Part shown: one piece after another, positions 21,931 through 33,140 of the stretch
Position numbering within the stretch: position 1 is the first letter of the stretch
How the letters are laid out: the number at the start of each line of letters is the position of its first letter
Assembly (NCBI GenBank): GCA_032718475.1
Contig: JAUCBJ010002273.1
Location: 1 to 64,000 of the forward strand
Origin: Nemertoderma westbladi
Taxonomy: Eukaryota > Animalia > Xenacoelomorpha
DNA length: 64,000 nucleotides
Direction: 5' to 3'
The notes under the pieces: model-generated
What the model saw: the letters and a program-made list of their open reading frames with translations, nothing else
The model's database searches: none
What the model was told of the DNA's origin: nothing
Position numbers and translations under genes: made by a program

Positions 21931-23585
21931 GGTTATAAGACAGAAATAAGCGCTATAAAACACTTAATAAAGATAAATTTAAAAAAATAAAAAATCTTCA
22001 TATATAAAATTCCAATAAAAAGTCGACCGAAAAGTCACCACATGGGCGATAATTAGGGTAAAGAGGTAATGGTGACAAATATCGAGACTTGAAAAATATC
22101 GAGAGTAAAAATAACGCGAGATGAAAAATATCGAAAACAACGAGTGTTGAAAAATATCGAGTGTTGAAAAATATCGAGAGTAAAAATATCGAGAGTAAAA
22201 ATATCGAGTGTTGAAAAATATCGAGAGTAAAAATATCGAGTGTTGAAAAATATCGAGAGTCAAAATATTGAGTGTTGAAAAATATCGAGTGTTGAAAAAT
22301 ATCGAGAATGAAAATATCGAGAGTAAAAATATCGAGTGTTGAAAAATATCGAGAGTCAAAATAACGAGAGTAAAAATATCGAGAGTAAAAATAACGAGTG
22401 TTGAAAATTAACGTGATTAAAAAATATCGAGAGTAAAAATAACGCGAGATGAAAAATATCGAAAACAACGAGTGTTGAAAAATATCGAGAGTAAAAATAT
22501 CGAGAGTAAAAATATCGAGTGTTGAAAAATATCGAGAGTAAAAATATCGAGTGTTGAAAAATATCGAGAGTCAAAATATTGAGTGTTGAAAAATATCGAG
22601 TGTTGAAAAATATCGAGAGTAAAAATATCGAGAGTAAAAATATCGAGTGTTGAAAAATATCGAGAGTCAAAATAACGAGAGTAAAAATATCGAGAGTAAA
22701 AATAACGAGTGTTGAAAATTAACGTGATTAAAAAATATCGAGAGTAAAAATAACGCGAGATGAAAATATCGAAAACAACGAGTGTTGAAAAATATCGAGT
22801 GTTGAAAAATATCGAGAGTAAAAATATCGAGAGTTGAAAAATATCGAGAGTAAAAATATCGAGTGTTGAAAAATATCGAGAGTCAAAATATTGAGTGTTG
22901 AAAAATATCGAGTGTTTAAAAATATCGAGAGTAAAAATATCGAGTGTTGAAAAATATCGAGAGTAAAAATATTGCATTTTGTTTGAGCATTTTATTTAGA
23001 ATTATGGAACAATATTACAGTACATGGGTTACAACAGTGCAAGTGCAAGTGAATGGCATTATGTAATACACCTTGGGTACCCATTTACCAGATTTATTAT
23101 ACTAGCTAGTTTTTGCTATTTATTTAATAAATATTATAAAAGAAGTGCTAGCTATAAATTTTGATAAATATTATAAATATTGTTAAATATTATATAGGAA
23201 CACGTATAAGTTACCAAATGTTGATAAATATTTTTGTTCTAGAACATTTTTAGTAAAAAAAATTATCATACAACCTTTATTTAAAAAAATTGTTTCTATC
23301 GATATTTTTACTCTCGATATTTTTCAACAATCGATATTTTTCAACACTCGATATTTTTCAACACTCGATATTTTTACTCTCGATATTTTTCAACAATCGA
23401 TATTTTTACTCTCGATATTTTTCAACACTCGATATTTTTACTCTCGATATTTTTACCCTCGATATTTTTACTCTCGATATTTTTTGAACTCTCGATATTA
23501 TCGTTATTTTTCAACACTCGATGTTTTTACTCGCGTTATTTTTACTCTCGATATTTTTCATGTCTCGATATTTTTCAATATAACC
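21931..23585. repeat. Foldback element with inverted 15/17-bp tandem arrays
   Basis: (AAAAATATCGAGAGT / AAAAATATCGAGTGTTG)n at ~22075-22975 and its reverse complement at ~23296-23580. Possible GGTTATA...TATAACC termini; no TSD seen. Confidence 0.8.
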
Positions 23586-23724
23586 AGTAAAGAACGTTTA
23601 GCCATTATCAACCATCCCCCTTAAAAATTTATAAAACGGAAGTTATAATCTGTATATGCCCTCCCATGCCATGTACCGTATTGGTACCGTATCATTATGC
23701 ACATTGCACATCGATGTTTTATCA

Positions 23725-25012
23725 GGTACAGTCCAGGGGAGTGTTTTAGGTCCTGTTCTTTTTTTACTATTTATAAACGACTTACCTGAATTGCTTTCAC
23801 CTATTGATGTTAAACTTTTTGCTGATGATGTTAAACTCTACGCACCCACCACCGAATGTGACTCTTTAGCCAACGCCCTCAAATTGTTAGAGACATGGGC
23901 AAATGAGTGGCAGCTAGACGTTGCAGCTCATAAATGCACTGTTATACATGTTGGCGCATCGAACAGTAATTTTAATTATATTTTAAACGGTAATGTAATT
24001 AAGTGCGAAGATTTCTGCAAAGACCTTGGTATTATTGTTAGTGCTGATTTGAAGTTTAATAATTATTGTAAGCAGCAAGTTGCTAAAGCTTATAGGATAA
24101 TAAATATGATATTTCGTAACATTAAATCGTGTAATAAATCGGCACTTTTAACGGCCTACAAGTCTATTGTTAGACCGGTTTTAGAGTACTGTACCCCTGT
24201 TTGGTCGCCCTTCACTAAGTATGGTATAAATTTAGTCGAACGAGTTCAACACTATTTTACACGCAGATTGTATCGTCGGTGCAAATTAACTTATGTTTCA
24301 TATTGTGACCGTCTAACCTGCCTGTCTCTACAACCCTTGGAGGTTAGGAGAATTATTTTCGACTTGAAAATGGTGTACCGTATTTTTCACGGCCTTGTTG
24401 ACCTTACGTTTAGTAACTACTTTTCACGTGCGCCAGTAAGAGGGCTACGTGGACACAGCTATAAACTTCATATTCCGTATTGCAGACTACAACTTTGTAA
24501 GAACTCTTTTAACTACCGCACTGTTCCATTCTGGAATTCTTTATCGCAAGATATTGTTGATGCTAAAAACCTACGAATTTTTTCTCGTAAATTATTAACG
24601 TTCGATTTCAAGTCACACTGTTCGGTCGACCATTGGTGCAAATAGCCGTTTAACTTTTTACTTATTTATATTATTTTTTAAACTATTTTTTTTTAAGGTT
24701 TTGTATCCGTTGTGTGATTGTGTTTGTTATTTTTATTTCACTCCTACCTATTTTATTAAGTAATAACCAATGAAATTATTTTTATCACAATATTTATCAC
24801 TATACTATACTGTATGTACACATATATTTACACTTAATTTCTCTTCTTTTAAATCATTTAAATCGCCCCTTTAAGTGCCTCGAGCCTGGGCGGCGATCTC
24901 CCTCGAAAAATTGTCGATTACCTATATTTAGTATTTCTTAATTCTACTGTATTGGTTATACTATATTTTAATGTATGTTATCGTGTATTAAATAAATAAA
25001 TAAATAAATAAA
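23725..25012 (+). mobile_element. 5'-truncated CR1-group LINE (RT C-terminal half, 3' UTR, (AAAT)n tail)
   Basis: GTVQGSVLGPVLFLLFINDL, KLFADD, KDLGI, VRPVLEY..VWSP, LRGHSYKL. Open frame to 24645. (AAAT)n at ~24988-25012. Confidence 0.92.
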
Positions 25013-25372
25013 CATTTTATGCACTAACACTAACAGTATGTAAGCTACTTACCAGTAATTATCCTTACCGCAATTAATTAGTACCCCTTCTCCTGTTACC
25101 GGCAGTTGCAGTTCACAGTCAGACAGTCTGTTACCGGTACCGGGATGTTTCTTTACACAAGATCACAGATTACCCCGATCAATGCCGGTATTCAGGTATT
25201 AGCCTACCGGTATATTAAATTAGGATAATCACGAATAACTTAGTCGTGGAAAGTGACTGAGTGATAGATAGATTGATGGATGGATGAACTGCCGGAAGTT
25301 GAAAATCTGTGAATTATTTCTATATTTTAGTTTTATGTAATAAATATAGTTGAAATTTAAACTGTTAAAACG

Positions 25373-25996
25373 ATGGGCTCGAAAGCCCCGAAGAAGAAAG
25401 TAAAAGGTGCCTACGCAGCCCCAGTTCACCTCCCTTCTGGTGAAACTCTATCGGATAACACCCAGAAACGAAGTTGGACGTTGGGCTCTCCGCTTGGTCA
25501 AGGCGGCTTCGGAGCGATACACCTGGCTACCGAGAAACTCGGCGCCAATAAACAGTCGACGACGGAGTACGTAGTCAAGGTGGAACCTTCGGGAAACGGG
25601 CCTTTATTCGTAGAGCTCCATTTCTACATCGGGGTTGCCAAACCCGATATGATAAATTCCTATAAGAAAGAACACCGACTCGCGTTCCTAGGGGTTCCTC
25701 GTTTCATCAGTACTGGACATCACGAGTTCAGAGATATCAAGTACCGCTTCCTGGTAATGGATCGAATGGGGAGCGATTTACAGAAAGTCTTCGAGGCACA
25801 CGGGAAGGTGTTCCCCACCGCGACCGTTTGTAGACTCGGTCTGCGAATTATCGACGCGTTTCAGTACATACACGAACGGAACTACGTCCACGCAGACGTC
25901 AAGGGGGCCAATCTGTTGCTAGGAGACCGGCCCGGGGAGGTCTACCTTGTGGACTTCGGTTTGGCGTATAAGTTCGCCCCGGGTGGCGTTCACAAG
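25373..25996 (+). CDS. VRK1: Vaccinia-related kinase (VRK1/ballchen-like), exon 1
   Basis: LGQGGFGAIH, VVKVEP..NGPLFVELHFY, YVHADVKGANLL, VYLVDFGLA. GT donor at 25997 (AAG|GTATTT), phase 0. Confidence 0.93.
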
Positions 25997-26103
25997 GTAT
26001 TTTATTTGTTTATATCTCCAATGTGGTTTAAAAAATGCGCTGAAAACTATATACCATCGAAAAGAGAACGAACTTAAGTAAATAAAAATCTGAATAAAAA
26101 TAT

Positions 26104-26120
26104 TAGCGCCCCCTAGCGGC
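26104..26120 (-). promoter_or_regulatory. CTCF-like binding motif in the VRK intron
   Basis: Minus strand GCCGCTAGGGGGCGCTA matches the CTCF core consensus and stands out in AT-rich DNA. Confidence 0.5.
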
Positions 26121-26673
26121 TGGCGTTCCCATTTTCATTCTTCGGCCACTTTTTTTGTTTTCATTTTCAATCTCTGATAATTGGCAAATTTGTAAAAAAT
26201 ATTCAAAATTTTTTTAAAATTGAAAAAATCCACGTTTTTTAATTTTGTTTCTTAAAATAAATGCGGAAATATTCTGAAATAAAAAAAAGTAGAGTTAAGA
26301 AGAATATTAAATCTTATTAAATTTCCTTTCATAAAAATCACAAATCAAAAATTACAAAAAAAAGGTTAAGAAATGGCGGTGGAGTGTTTTTTGGGTGAAA
26401 AATGTAATACCGAGATAACGTATGTACTCGAATAAGAGCCTGGGCGTTTAAGTTGTTTAAGTTAAAGTTGATAAAAGAAAACAAATAAAATAATTCAAAT
26501 AAAACCAGGATTATCTTTATTACAACCAAGGCGTACTATATACAAGGCCATGCCATCGAGTTAACTGGGGGCGGTGACTGGGGGCAAGATTTTTTTTACA
26601 ACAATTTGATATTTTGATATGGGGAGAGTTCTATAAATTGTCATTTGCTGCAATTTGGTCAATGGACGTAATT

Positions 26674-27327
26674 GAAGCATCCTCGTTAAGTAAGATACAA
26701 AATTTTATGGTAGCTAGTGTTTTAGGTAGGTTTAGCTAGTAATTTCGACACTGGTTCCGACATCCTACTTCCCTTCTATAAATATTTTGTAGTAGCTAGT
26801 TCTTTTTACTATTTGTATAGAAAATGTTCCAGAACATGTTAGCTATTAATTTTTTTAAAAATTATGTTCTAGAACAAATATTTTTTGTTCTAGAACATTT
26901 TTTAGAAAAAAATCTGGATTCTATTTAAAACGCATGGAATCGTTCTAAAACGTGTTTAAAATCAATAAAAAAAATTTCACAATTTACTTTTTTTTTAATT
27001 TTTTTTTCACAATATTTTTTTTCACAATTTTTTTTATTGATTTTAAACACGTTTATAACGATTCCATGCGTTTTAAATAGAATCAGAGATTTTTTTCTAA
27101 AAAATGTTCTAGAACAAAAAATATTTGTTCTAGAACATAATTTTTTTTAAAAATGAATAGCTAACATGTTCTGGAACATTTTCTATACAAATAGTAAAAA
27201 GAACTAGCTACTACAAAATATTTATAGAGGGAAGTAGGATGTCGGAACCAGTGTCGAAATTACTAGCTAAACCTATCTAAAACACTAGCTACCATAAAAT
27301 TTTTATCTTACTTAACGAGGATGCCTC
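26674..27327. mobile_element. Near-perfect ~650-bp palindromic MITE/foldback in the VRK intron
   Basis: GAAGCATCCTCGTTAAGTAAG... is mirrored by ...CTTACTTAACGAGGATGCCTC. Arms pair almost to the centre (~27000). Confidence 0.85.
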
Positions 27328-27692
27328 TTGACTCTTTCTTAACAACAATCAGTTAACGCTCCACATTGTAATATTATTAAACGCCGGGGCATTTATTCGG
27401 GGAAGGCGTTTAAGTTGCTAATTTGATGGTAAGTGGGGCGTTTATTCGATGGGGGGGGGGGGGGGGGGGGGGGGGGGTTATTCGATGGGGGGGGGGGGGG
27501 CTTAAGGGGGGTCCCCCTTAAATATAAATTTAAGAGTTTGTACAGTTTAAATTTATACAGGCTATGATGGTTAGTGTATTAGGGGTATACTTTATTATTT
27601 TAGTTAGTTTGTCAGTAAAACTGTCATGTAACCCACTAACCCTAAGTCGTAATCTTCGAAATTTAGCGGTATTTTGGATATCATTGCCTTAA

Positions 27693-27853
27693 AGGCCGGT
27701 TTACACGTGGCAATTTTTTGATCAACTTTTGCGAGCAACTCAGGTTGCCGATCGAGTTACTCCGTGTATCACGAAGTTGCTGTAAAACGTTACCACTTTT
27801 ACACTGCGGTGCTGAACAAGTGGCCCAAAATGTTGCCACGTGTAAACCGGCCT
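27693..27853. mobile_element. Short Harbinger-like MITE
   Basis: TIR AGGCCGGTTTACACGTGGCAA / TTGCCACGTGTAAACCGGCCT, flanked by TAA and TTA. Confidence 0.75.
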
Positions 27854-28196
27854 TTAGGCCCGTTAATGATAATTTTGTTGTTTAGAATTTATTCTTATAG
27901 TTTGTAACTATTTTTAAAAGCTCTAAACTACAGTAAGACTACCAAATTGTTTTAAAAGATTTAATTGCCAAAATTATATATTTATAAACAAAAGGTGTGA
28001 TAATTTTATAAGCCATAAACTTGAACTGTTATCGAACCCAAGACCTCCAGAGAGATGTACAAATTCAATGCATTTATAATTAATTGGTAATAATAATAAT
28101 AATTAATTAATTATTGCTGCAATTAATAATCATTCATTCATATTTATTGTTCATAACTATTTAATTCATTAATATTTATTATATATTAATTGAAAG

Positions 28197-29258
28197 GATT
28201 ACAAGGAGGACCCAAAGAGACGCCACGATGGTACCATCGAGTTCACCAGTCGGGACGCCCACAAAGGGGCGGCTCCCTCGCGTCGCGGGGATATCGAAGT
28301 GTTGGGCTACGTGCTGCTGCAGTGGATGACGTCACGGTTACCCTGGGAGACGCGACTCGACGACAAGCCGGAAGTGCAGCGCCTCAAGGAGGCGTTCATG
28401 ACGGGGCTGGCCTCGGGGTTGGGGGCTTGTTTCAACGGGCGGGCCGAGCCGGAGTTCCTACGACCCTACTTCCGGCACGCCGCCGACCTCGGTTACCAAC
28501 AGCAACCGGACTACGACCACCTCCGGGGTCTGCTGCGGCGACAACTCGACGTTCTGGGGGCGAAGGATTCCGGGGACTTCCGATGGGAAGCCGACGACGG
28601 GAAGGGCGGAAGGAAGCGGAAGTCGAACGACGTCACCAAGAGGAGGTCCACCTCCCGGGGCAGTGACGTCATCAGGAAACAACCGCGTAAGAGAGAACGT
28701 AGAGAAATTAGCGATACCGAACCGGAAGTCGGTCGTTCGCAACCCTTAGTAGACGAATCCCCGGTGGATGATGATGACGTAGTTGTGTGTGACGACGTCA
28801 CTTCCGGTAGTGCGGTACGTGACGTCACTACAGACGCCGGTAACATTCTCAGGAAGCATATCGCCTCGAAGAAAGCCGCGACCAAAAAGTCTCCAGGCAG
28901 GAGAAGGAAAACCTCGTCTGGTGCCGGGAAATCTCCGGTGGAAATCAAACCGAAAACCTCGTCTGGTGTCGGGAAATCTCCGGTGGAAATCAAACCGAAA
29001 ACCTCCCCAGTGTCAACAACAACATCCTCAGCAACATCCAAAACGAGTCCCAAGCCCAAAGCGTCGCCGAGATCCCTTGCTGCATCGCAGACGCCGCCAA
29101 CCGCCGGATCCAAATCTACCAATCGCGCCTCAAAACGGAGGAATTTACTGCCCAGAGATGCTGCGTCACAGACGTCGCCGTGGTTACAAGCTGTGAGTCG
29201 ACGACTCAGACGGGAGAAAATGTTACAACGCCGCCAAGCGGCGGAGCAACATAATTGA
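28197..29258 (+). CDS. VRK1: VRK kinase exon 2 (kinase C-lobe plus basic S/T/P-rich tail); joined protein ~561 aa
   Basis: After AAG| at 28196 the frame reads DYKEDPKRRHDGTIEFTSRDAHKG..SRRGDIEVLGY..LPW, continuing exon 1 in frame. Confidence 0.92.
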   Translation, partial: DYKEDPKRRHDGTIEFTSRDAHKGAAPSRRGDIEVLGYVLLQWMTSRLPWETRLDDKPEVQRLKEAFMTGLASGLGACFNGRAEPEFLRPYFRHAADLGYQQQPDYDHLRGLLRRQLDVLGAKDSGDFRWEADDGKGGRKRKSNDVTKRRSTSRGSDVIRKQPRKRERREISDTEPEVGRSQPLVDESPVDDDDVVVCDDVTSGSAVRDVTTDAGNILRKHIASKKAATKKSPGRRRKTSSGAGKSPVEIKPKTSSGVGKSPVEIKPKTSPVSTTTSSATSKTSPKPKASPRSLAASQTPPTAGSKSTNRASKRRNLLPRDAASQTSPWLQAVSRRLRREKMLQRRQAAEQHN

Positions 29259-29504
29259 TTATAACTGCCTTGGATTCTGACCAATAGGAAGTTGATTCTT
29301 TATTTAGTTTATTATTGTGCTCCAGAAAGGTGTAATTCAGTGCAATATTATTTTATTACAACAAAATATATTCATTTTTCAGAGTATTTGTAAATAAACA
29401 TGCAAACCTTTTTGGATTTGGGGTTTATGAGACGCCGTTCAGAACTTTCGGTCCACGACTTTTCAATCTGAGATTTTTTATTTATTTTATTTCATACTGC
29501 TATT

Positions 29505-29870
29505 ACTACTATATTCGGCCTGCTGCATGTCGGCTTACCAACAAAATTTCGCCGCCACAACTCCCTATCGCCCATGACATTTGCTAGATCATCCGCATCT
29601 TCAATGTCAGTGTCCTTTAAGATGCGTTTCATGAAAGTCATAGGCTGTCCAGTCCACCATGCTTATTCACCCCATGTTTGCGCCAAAGCACAAGATTATG
29701 CACTGGCTGGTCCTCACGGCAAAAGCAATGTCCTGCAAAGCGGAGGCGATTTTGTTCTAGTGTCAAGCTTGGGGGAACCAATGAGACACCTCCAATGTTA
29801 TATAGTGTCTGGTTGGAGATGTGTGCATTGTACTTGACACAATGAACCCGGCGTAGCATTCTTGTGTGAT
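29505..29870 (-). mobile_element. RTE LINE 3' fragment (same family as 20345-20915)
   Basis: TRMLRR..NRLRFAGHC..VHNLVLW. Shares nucleotide sequence with the 20.5 kb copy. Confidence 0.75.
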
Positions 29871-30939
29871 TTCCTGTCTTTCTGTACCATTTCATTCCCA
29901 GTGGCAGTTTTCACATTTGCGGGCTTGTTTGATTGAGTTCCTGTCTGTATATTTGTATACGTCCATATCCTGTCCTTTTGTCACGGGAATGGGAAATTTG
30001 TTGGGGTGTAAGTGTAAGACTCGGTATTAATACAAAATGAACAATTCCAAATTTTAATATCATCAGAATTGTTTTGGATCGTAGGTTGATTTTTATGCAG
30101 TATGATTACTATGACAGGCTCTTACTTTGTATTCTTGTACTGTAAATAATATGTACCTACTGACAGACTGGTGCGATAAAAGATTTAATAAATAAATAAG
30201 TATGCCTAATAGGCTACTCGCATACATTTCCAACGCATTTTTTCAACGCTATTTCCTTTTTCGAGTTTTCCACGATACTAATTAAAACGACGATGTGGGT
30301 ATACAGTAGTTTCCGTAAGCTACACATTGCAAAGTAGGCACTACGCTTCACCAATTTACTGTGCTTCAAAAGGATTTATAGTGCATGCAGCAGGTATTAC
30401 TATTATAAACATTATGAATAATGTAGGCCGACTGGTTTTGTATAATACATACATGGACCTACATATTTATGAGTACATTACGTGCATGCATGCCATGCTT
30501 ATAACTACTTACATCAGCTCCAAAATCATTCATTTCATTCTGTACTTAGTATTATTACAATACATTGTGCAGATGACAAATAGTTATGAAAATATTTGAG
30601 TTGATTCCAAAAGCTAAAATTGTTGTTTTATTTCTCAATAAAATTACGTGACCCATTTATGTAGTAGTGTACTGTCCTTTTAATCGCGTTTAATAACAGT
30701 GAAGTTTGTAAAATGGATAGACCATTAGTACTGTAACTATAGATTATGAAAAATTATATATAGAAAATTGAATCATCTTTTATTTTAGGAATCATTTGTC
30801 GTTGAAATGTATGTTTAATATAGTTGTACAGTACGACGTAGAACCGGCTTCTACCGTATCGTCTACAAGAAAAGTCTATAGGGAACAGCGGCCGGGCAGT
30901 GAGATCACAGCCCATATCTGTCCATCTATATATCTATCT

Positions 30940-31320
30940 ATAAGCAGCCTACTGCATTGCAGCTGCACATTGAGAGGCTATGATGGCATAAACAAAAATA
31001 TGTGTGTCGCCACAATGCAATCCACAATTGGCTTGCTGTGTGATGCAGCAAGCATTAAGATTGCAAAGCCGGCTTATATTGTCGACAAAATTGCGCCGCC
31101 ACATCTCCCATGAGTTTCGCGAGATTATCCGCACCTTCAAGGCCAGTGAGTGTCCTTTAGGATGCGTCTCAAGAAAGTCATGGCCTGTCCACCATGCTTA
31201 ATTTCTCCAGGGGACTGCCAAAGCACAAGATTGTGCACAGGCTGATCTTCACGGAGAAAGCAATGTCCTGCGAATCGGAGGCGGCTTTGTTCAAGTCTCA
31301 AGATACCAGGTAGCATTTTC
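30940..31320 (-). mobile_element. RTE LINE 3' fragment (third copy)
   Basis: RLRFAGHCFLREDQPVHNLVLW..ILKDT. Shared CTGCATTGCAGCTGCA 3' motif. Confidence 0.7.
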
Positions 31321-31350
31321 AGGTTTACCTTTTTTTCTGAGTAGCACAAG

Positions 31351-31414
31351 GGTGATGGTTAGCGTGCCAGACCTCCAACATGGAGGACACCAGTTCGATC
31401 CCGCCTGGACGTCA
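31351..31414 (+). mobile_element. tRNA-derived sequence (SINE head or tRNA pseudogene, loosely Trp-like)
   Basis: A-box-like TGGTTAGCGTG, CTCCAA anticodon-like loop, B-box GTTCGATCC at 31393-31401. No intact acceptor stem. Confidence 0.4.
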
Positions 31415-31551
31415 ATACCGAAAATTGTAAGTCTAACCATGTCACCAGTCCGTGTAAAGTTGTACATTGTCATCGTAAAAATATTCCGAGTGAGGTAATG
31501 TTTCTTATTTAGGTAGAGTAAAATAGAATAGGTTGCTAGAAGAAACAAATC

Positions 31552-33075
31552 ATGGCATGTTTAGGAATACAACTCGTAATACTAATTGTAACTATTGTGA
31601 ACCTCAAAGGCGGAGAACCGTATATCATGAGGGATATGTTGAACTTGAAGAATAATCTTCTTACAGACTACTTTACAGAGATTAGACCGGTTAACAACCA
31701 ACACGACATTGTTTATGTTGATATGCAATTCCATATTGGAACAATTGTTGAGATCGATATTGTTGATTCTAGCATCTCTTTGACAACTTGGGTTAAATTC
31801 TCCTGGTTCGATGAAAATCTTTTTTGGGATCCGGCTGATTATGGTGGCATTTATGAACTCTCATTAAAACCACACGAGGTTTGGTCCCCTCATATAACCT
31901 TCTTGGGCGTAGTCCGACATTACCACGGAGACATTGTTGATTACATCACAGTTGATCACAGTGGACGGGTGGAATCCCATCATAGGTGGTCGCTCAAGGT
32001 TTCTCAAAACTTCACTGCAAAATATTTTCCATACGACATTCAAATGGTGAAGTTTATAATAGAATCGTGGACGTACAATGAGACGAAAGTCAAACTAAAT
32101 TGGGCCCAAAACATGATAGGTGCCGGAAATAACATAAAGTTTACCTCCAATGAGTGGCAATGGAAACAGGCGGTTGTAACTTCGACAAAATCTGCATATG
32201 TTTCAATTAACGGAGATGAGAATCCCACATTCTCTCAACTAGTATATGTTATGACGTTACATCGCAATCCTGATTTCTATTTTAAGACTATTATCTTTCC
32301 TTCTGTTGTTATCAGTACTATAATCCCTCTGCTGTTTGTTATACCAATTGAGAGCGGTAACAGAATCGGGCTCGCTAGTGGTCTATTTTTTTCGCAGATG
32401 GTCAACCTGGTGTTGGTGCAGGAATTTCTGCCACCGGCCTCCAAAGAAGAACCATTGCTATCTCAACTTTATTTCTTAAATGTAATAATCACCTTGATTT
32501 GCGTGACAGCGAGCATCGTCATAGAGCATATCCAAACCACAGTTGCAAAACATGTCGAGAAACAGGAAGAATATGCGAAAACAATAGACAATGGTTCACC
32601 CGAACCATCAGACGAAGAAAAGGCCAGTCAGAAAAATAACGAGAATAAAGGAAAAGACGCCATTAGAAACCGAAAAAAGTCGCAATTAAAAAGCCAAAAT
32701 AAAAAGGGAGGGAAATATAGAAAAAGGATAAATATAATTCGATACGCTGATCTGATAATGTTTATTATCTCAGCGATGTTTGTAATAGTTTCAAATAGTT
32801 GGACTTTGTATGTTTTGGAACCTCCAACTTCGGAAGCGTTGATCTCTGATCTTGCTGAAGAGATAGAGTCAAATGAAGCTGATCTGGGTAAATATGATGA
32901 CACTACGTCCTCCTATTATTATGATAACGGTGTGGGAGAAGGGTTGGTTACTACCCCAGGCGGATTCATTGTTTTCGACAACGGAGTTGAGGTTGGAAGA
33001 GACAACACCTTGCCTCTCTCATCTTACTCTATTGGGCTAATGGCGGCCGCGGTATATATTCGCGTAATTATATAA
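31552..33075 (+). CDS. Pentameric ligand-gated ion channel subunit, nicotinic receptor-like, Cys-less, intronless
   Basis: Signal peptide, RPV, W.DENL.WDPADYGGI, VWSPHI, YFPYDIQ, ESWTY, M1-M3, basic M3-M4 loop, M4. Confidence 0.93.
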   Translation: MACLGIQLVILIVTIVNLKGGEPYIMRDMLNLKNNLLTDYFTEIRPVNNQHDIVYVDMQFHIGTIVEIDIVDSSISLTTWVKFSWFDENLFWDPADYGGIYELSLKPHEVWSPHITFLGVVRHYHGDIVDYITVDHSGRVESHHRWSLKVSQNFTAKYFPYDIQMVKFIIESWTYNETKVKLNWAQNMIGAGNNIKFTSNEWQWKQAVVTSTKSAYVSINGDENPTFSQLVYVMTLHRNPDFYFKTIIFPSVVISTIIPLLFVIPIESGNRIGLASGLFFSQMVNLVLVQEFLPPASKEEPLLSQLYFLNVIITLICVTASIVIEHIQTTVAKHVEKQEEYAKTIDNGSPEPSDEEKASQKNNENKGKDAIRNRKKSQLKSQNKKGGKYRKRINIIRYADLIMFIISAMFVIVSNSWTLYVLEPPTSEALISDLAEEIESNEADLGKYDDTTSSYYYDNGVGEGLVTTPGGFIVFDNGVEVGRDNTLPLSSYSIGLMAAAVYIRVII

Positions 33076-33140
33076 TGAGGACATTCAGCTAAACAATACA
33101 AAGTAGCCGAACTATTAATATATGTTCCGGTATATAAACT

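Noticed and set aside
21979-23487. SIF/SRYF/LDIF ORFs
   Set aside because: Artefacts of 15/17-bp repeats.
28458-29284. Antisense and alternative-frame ORFs over VRK exon 2 (similar ones occur over Mastermind and pol)
   Set aside because: Shadow ORFs of GC-richer coding sequence.
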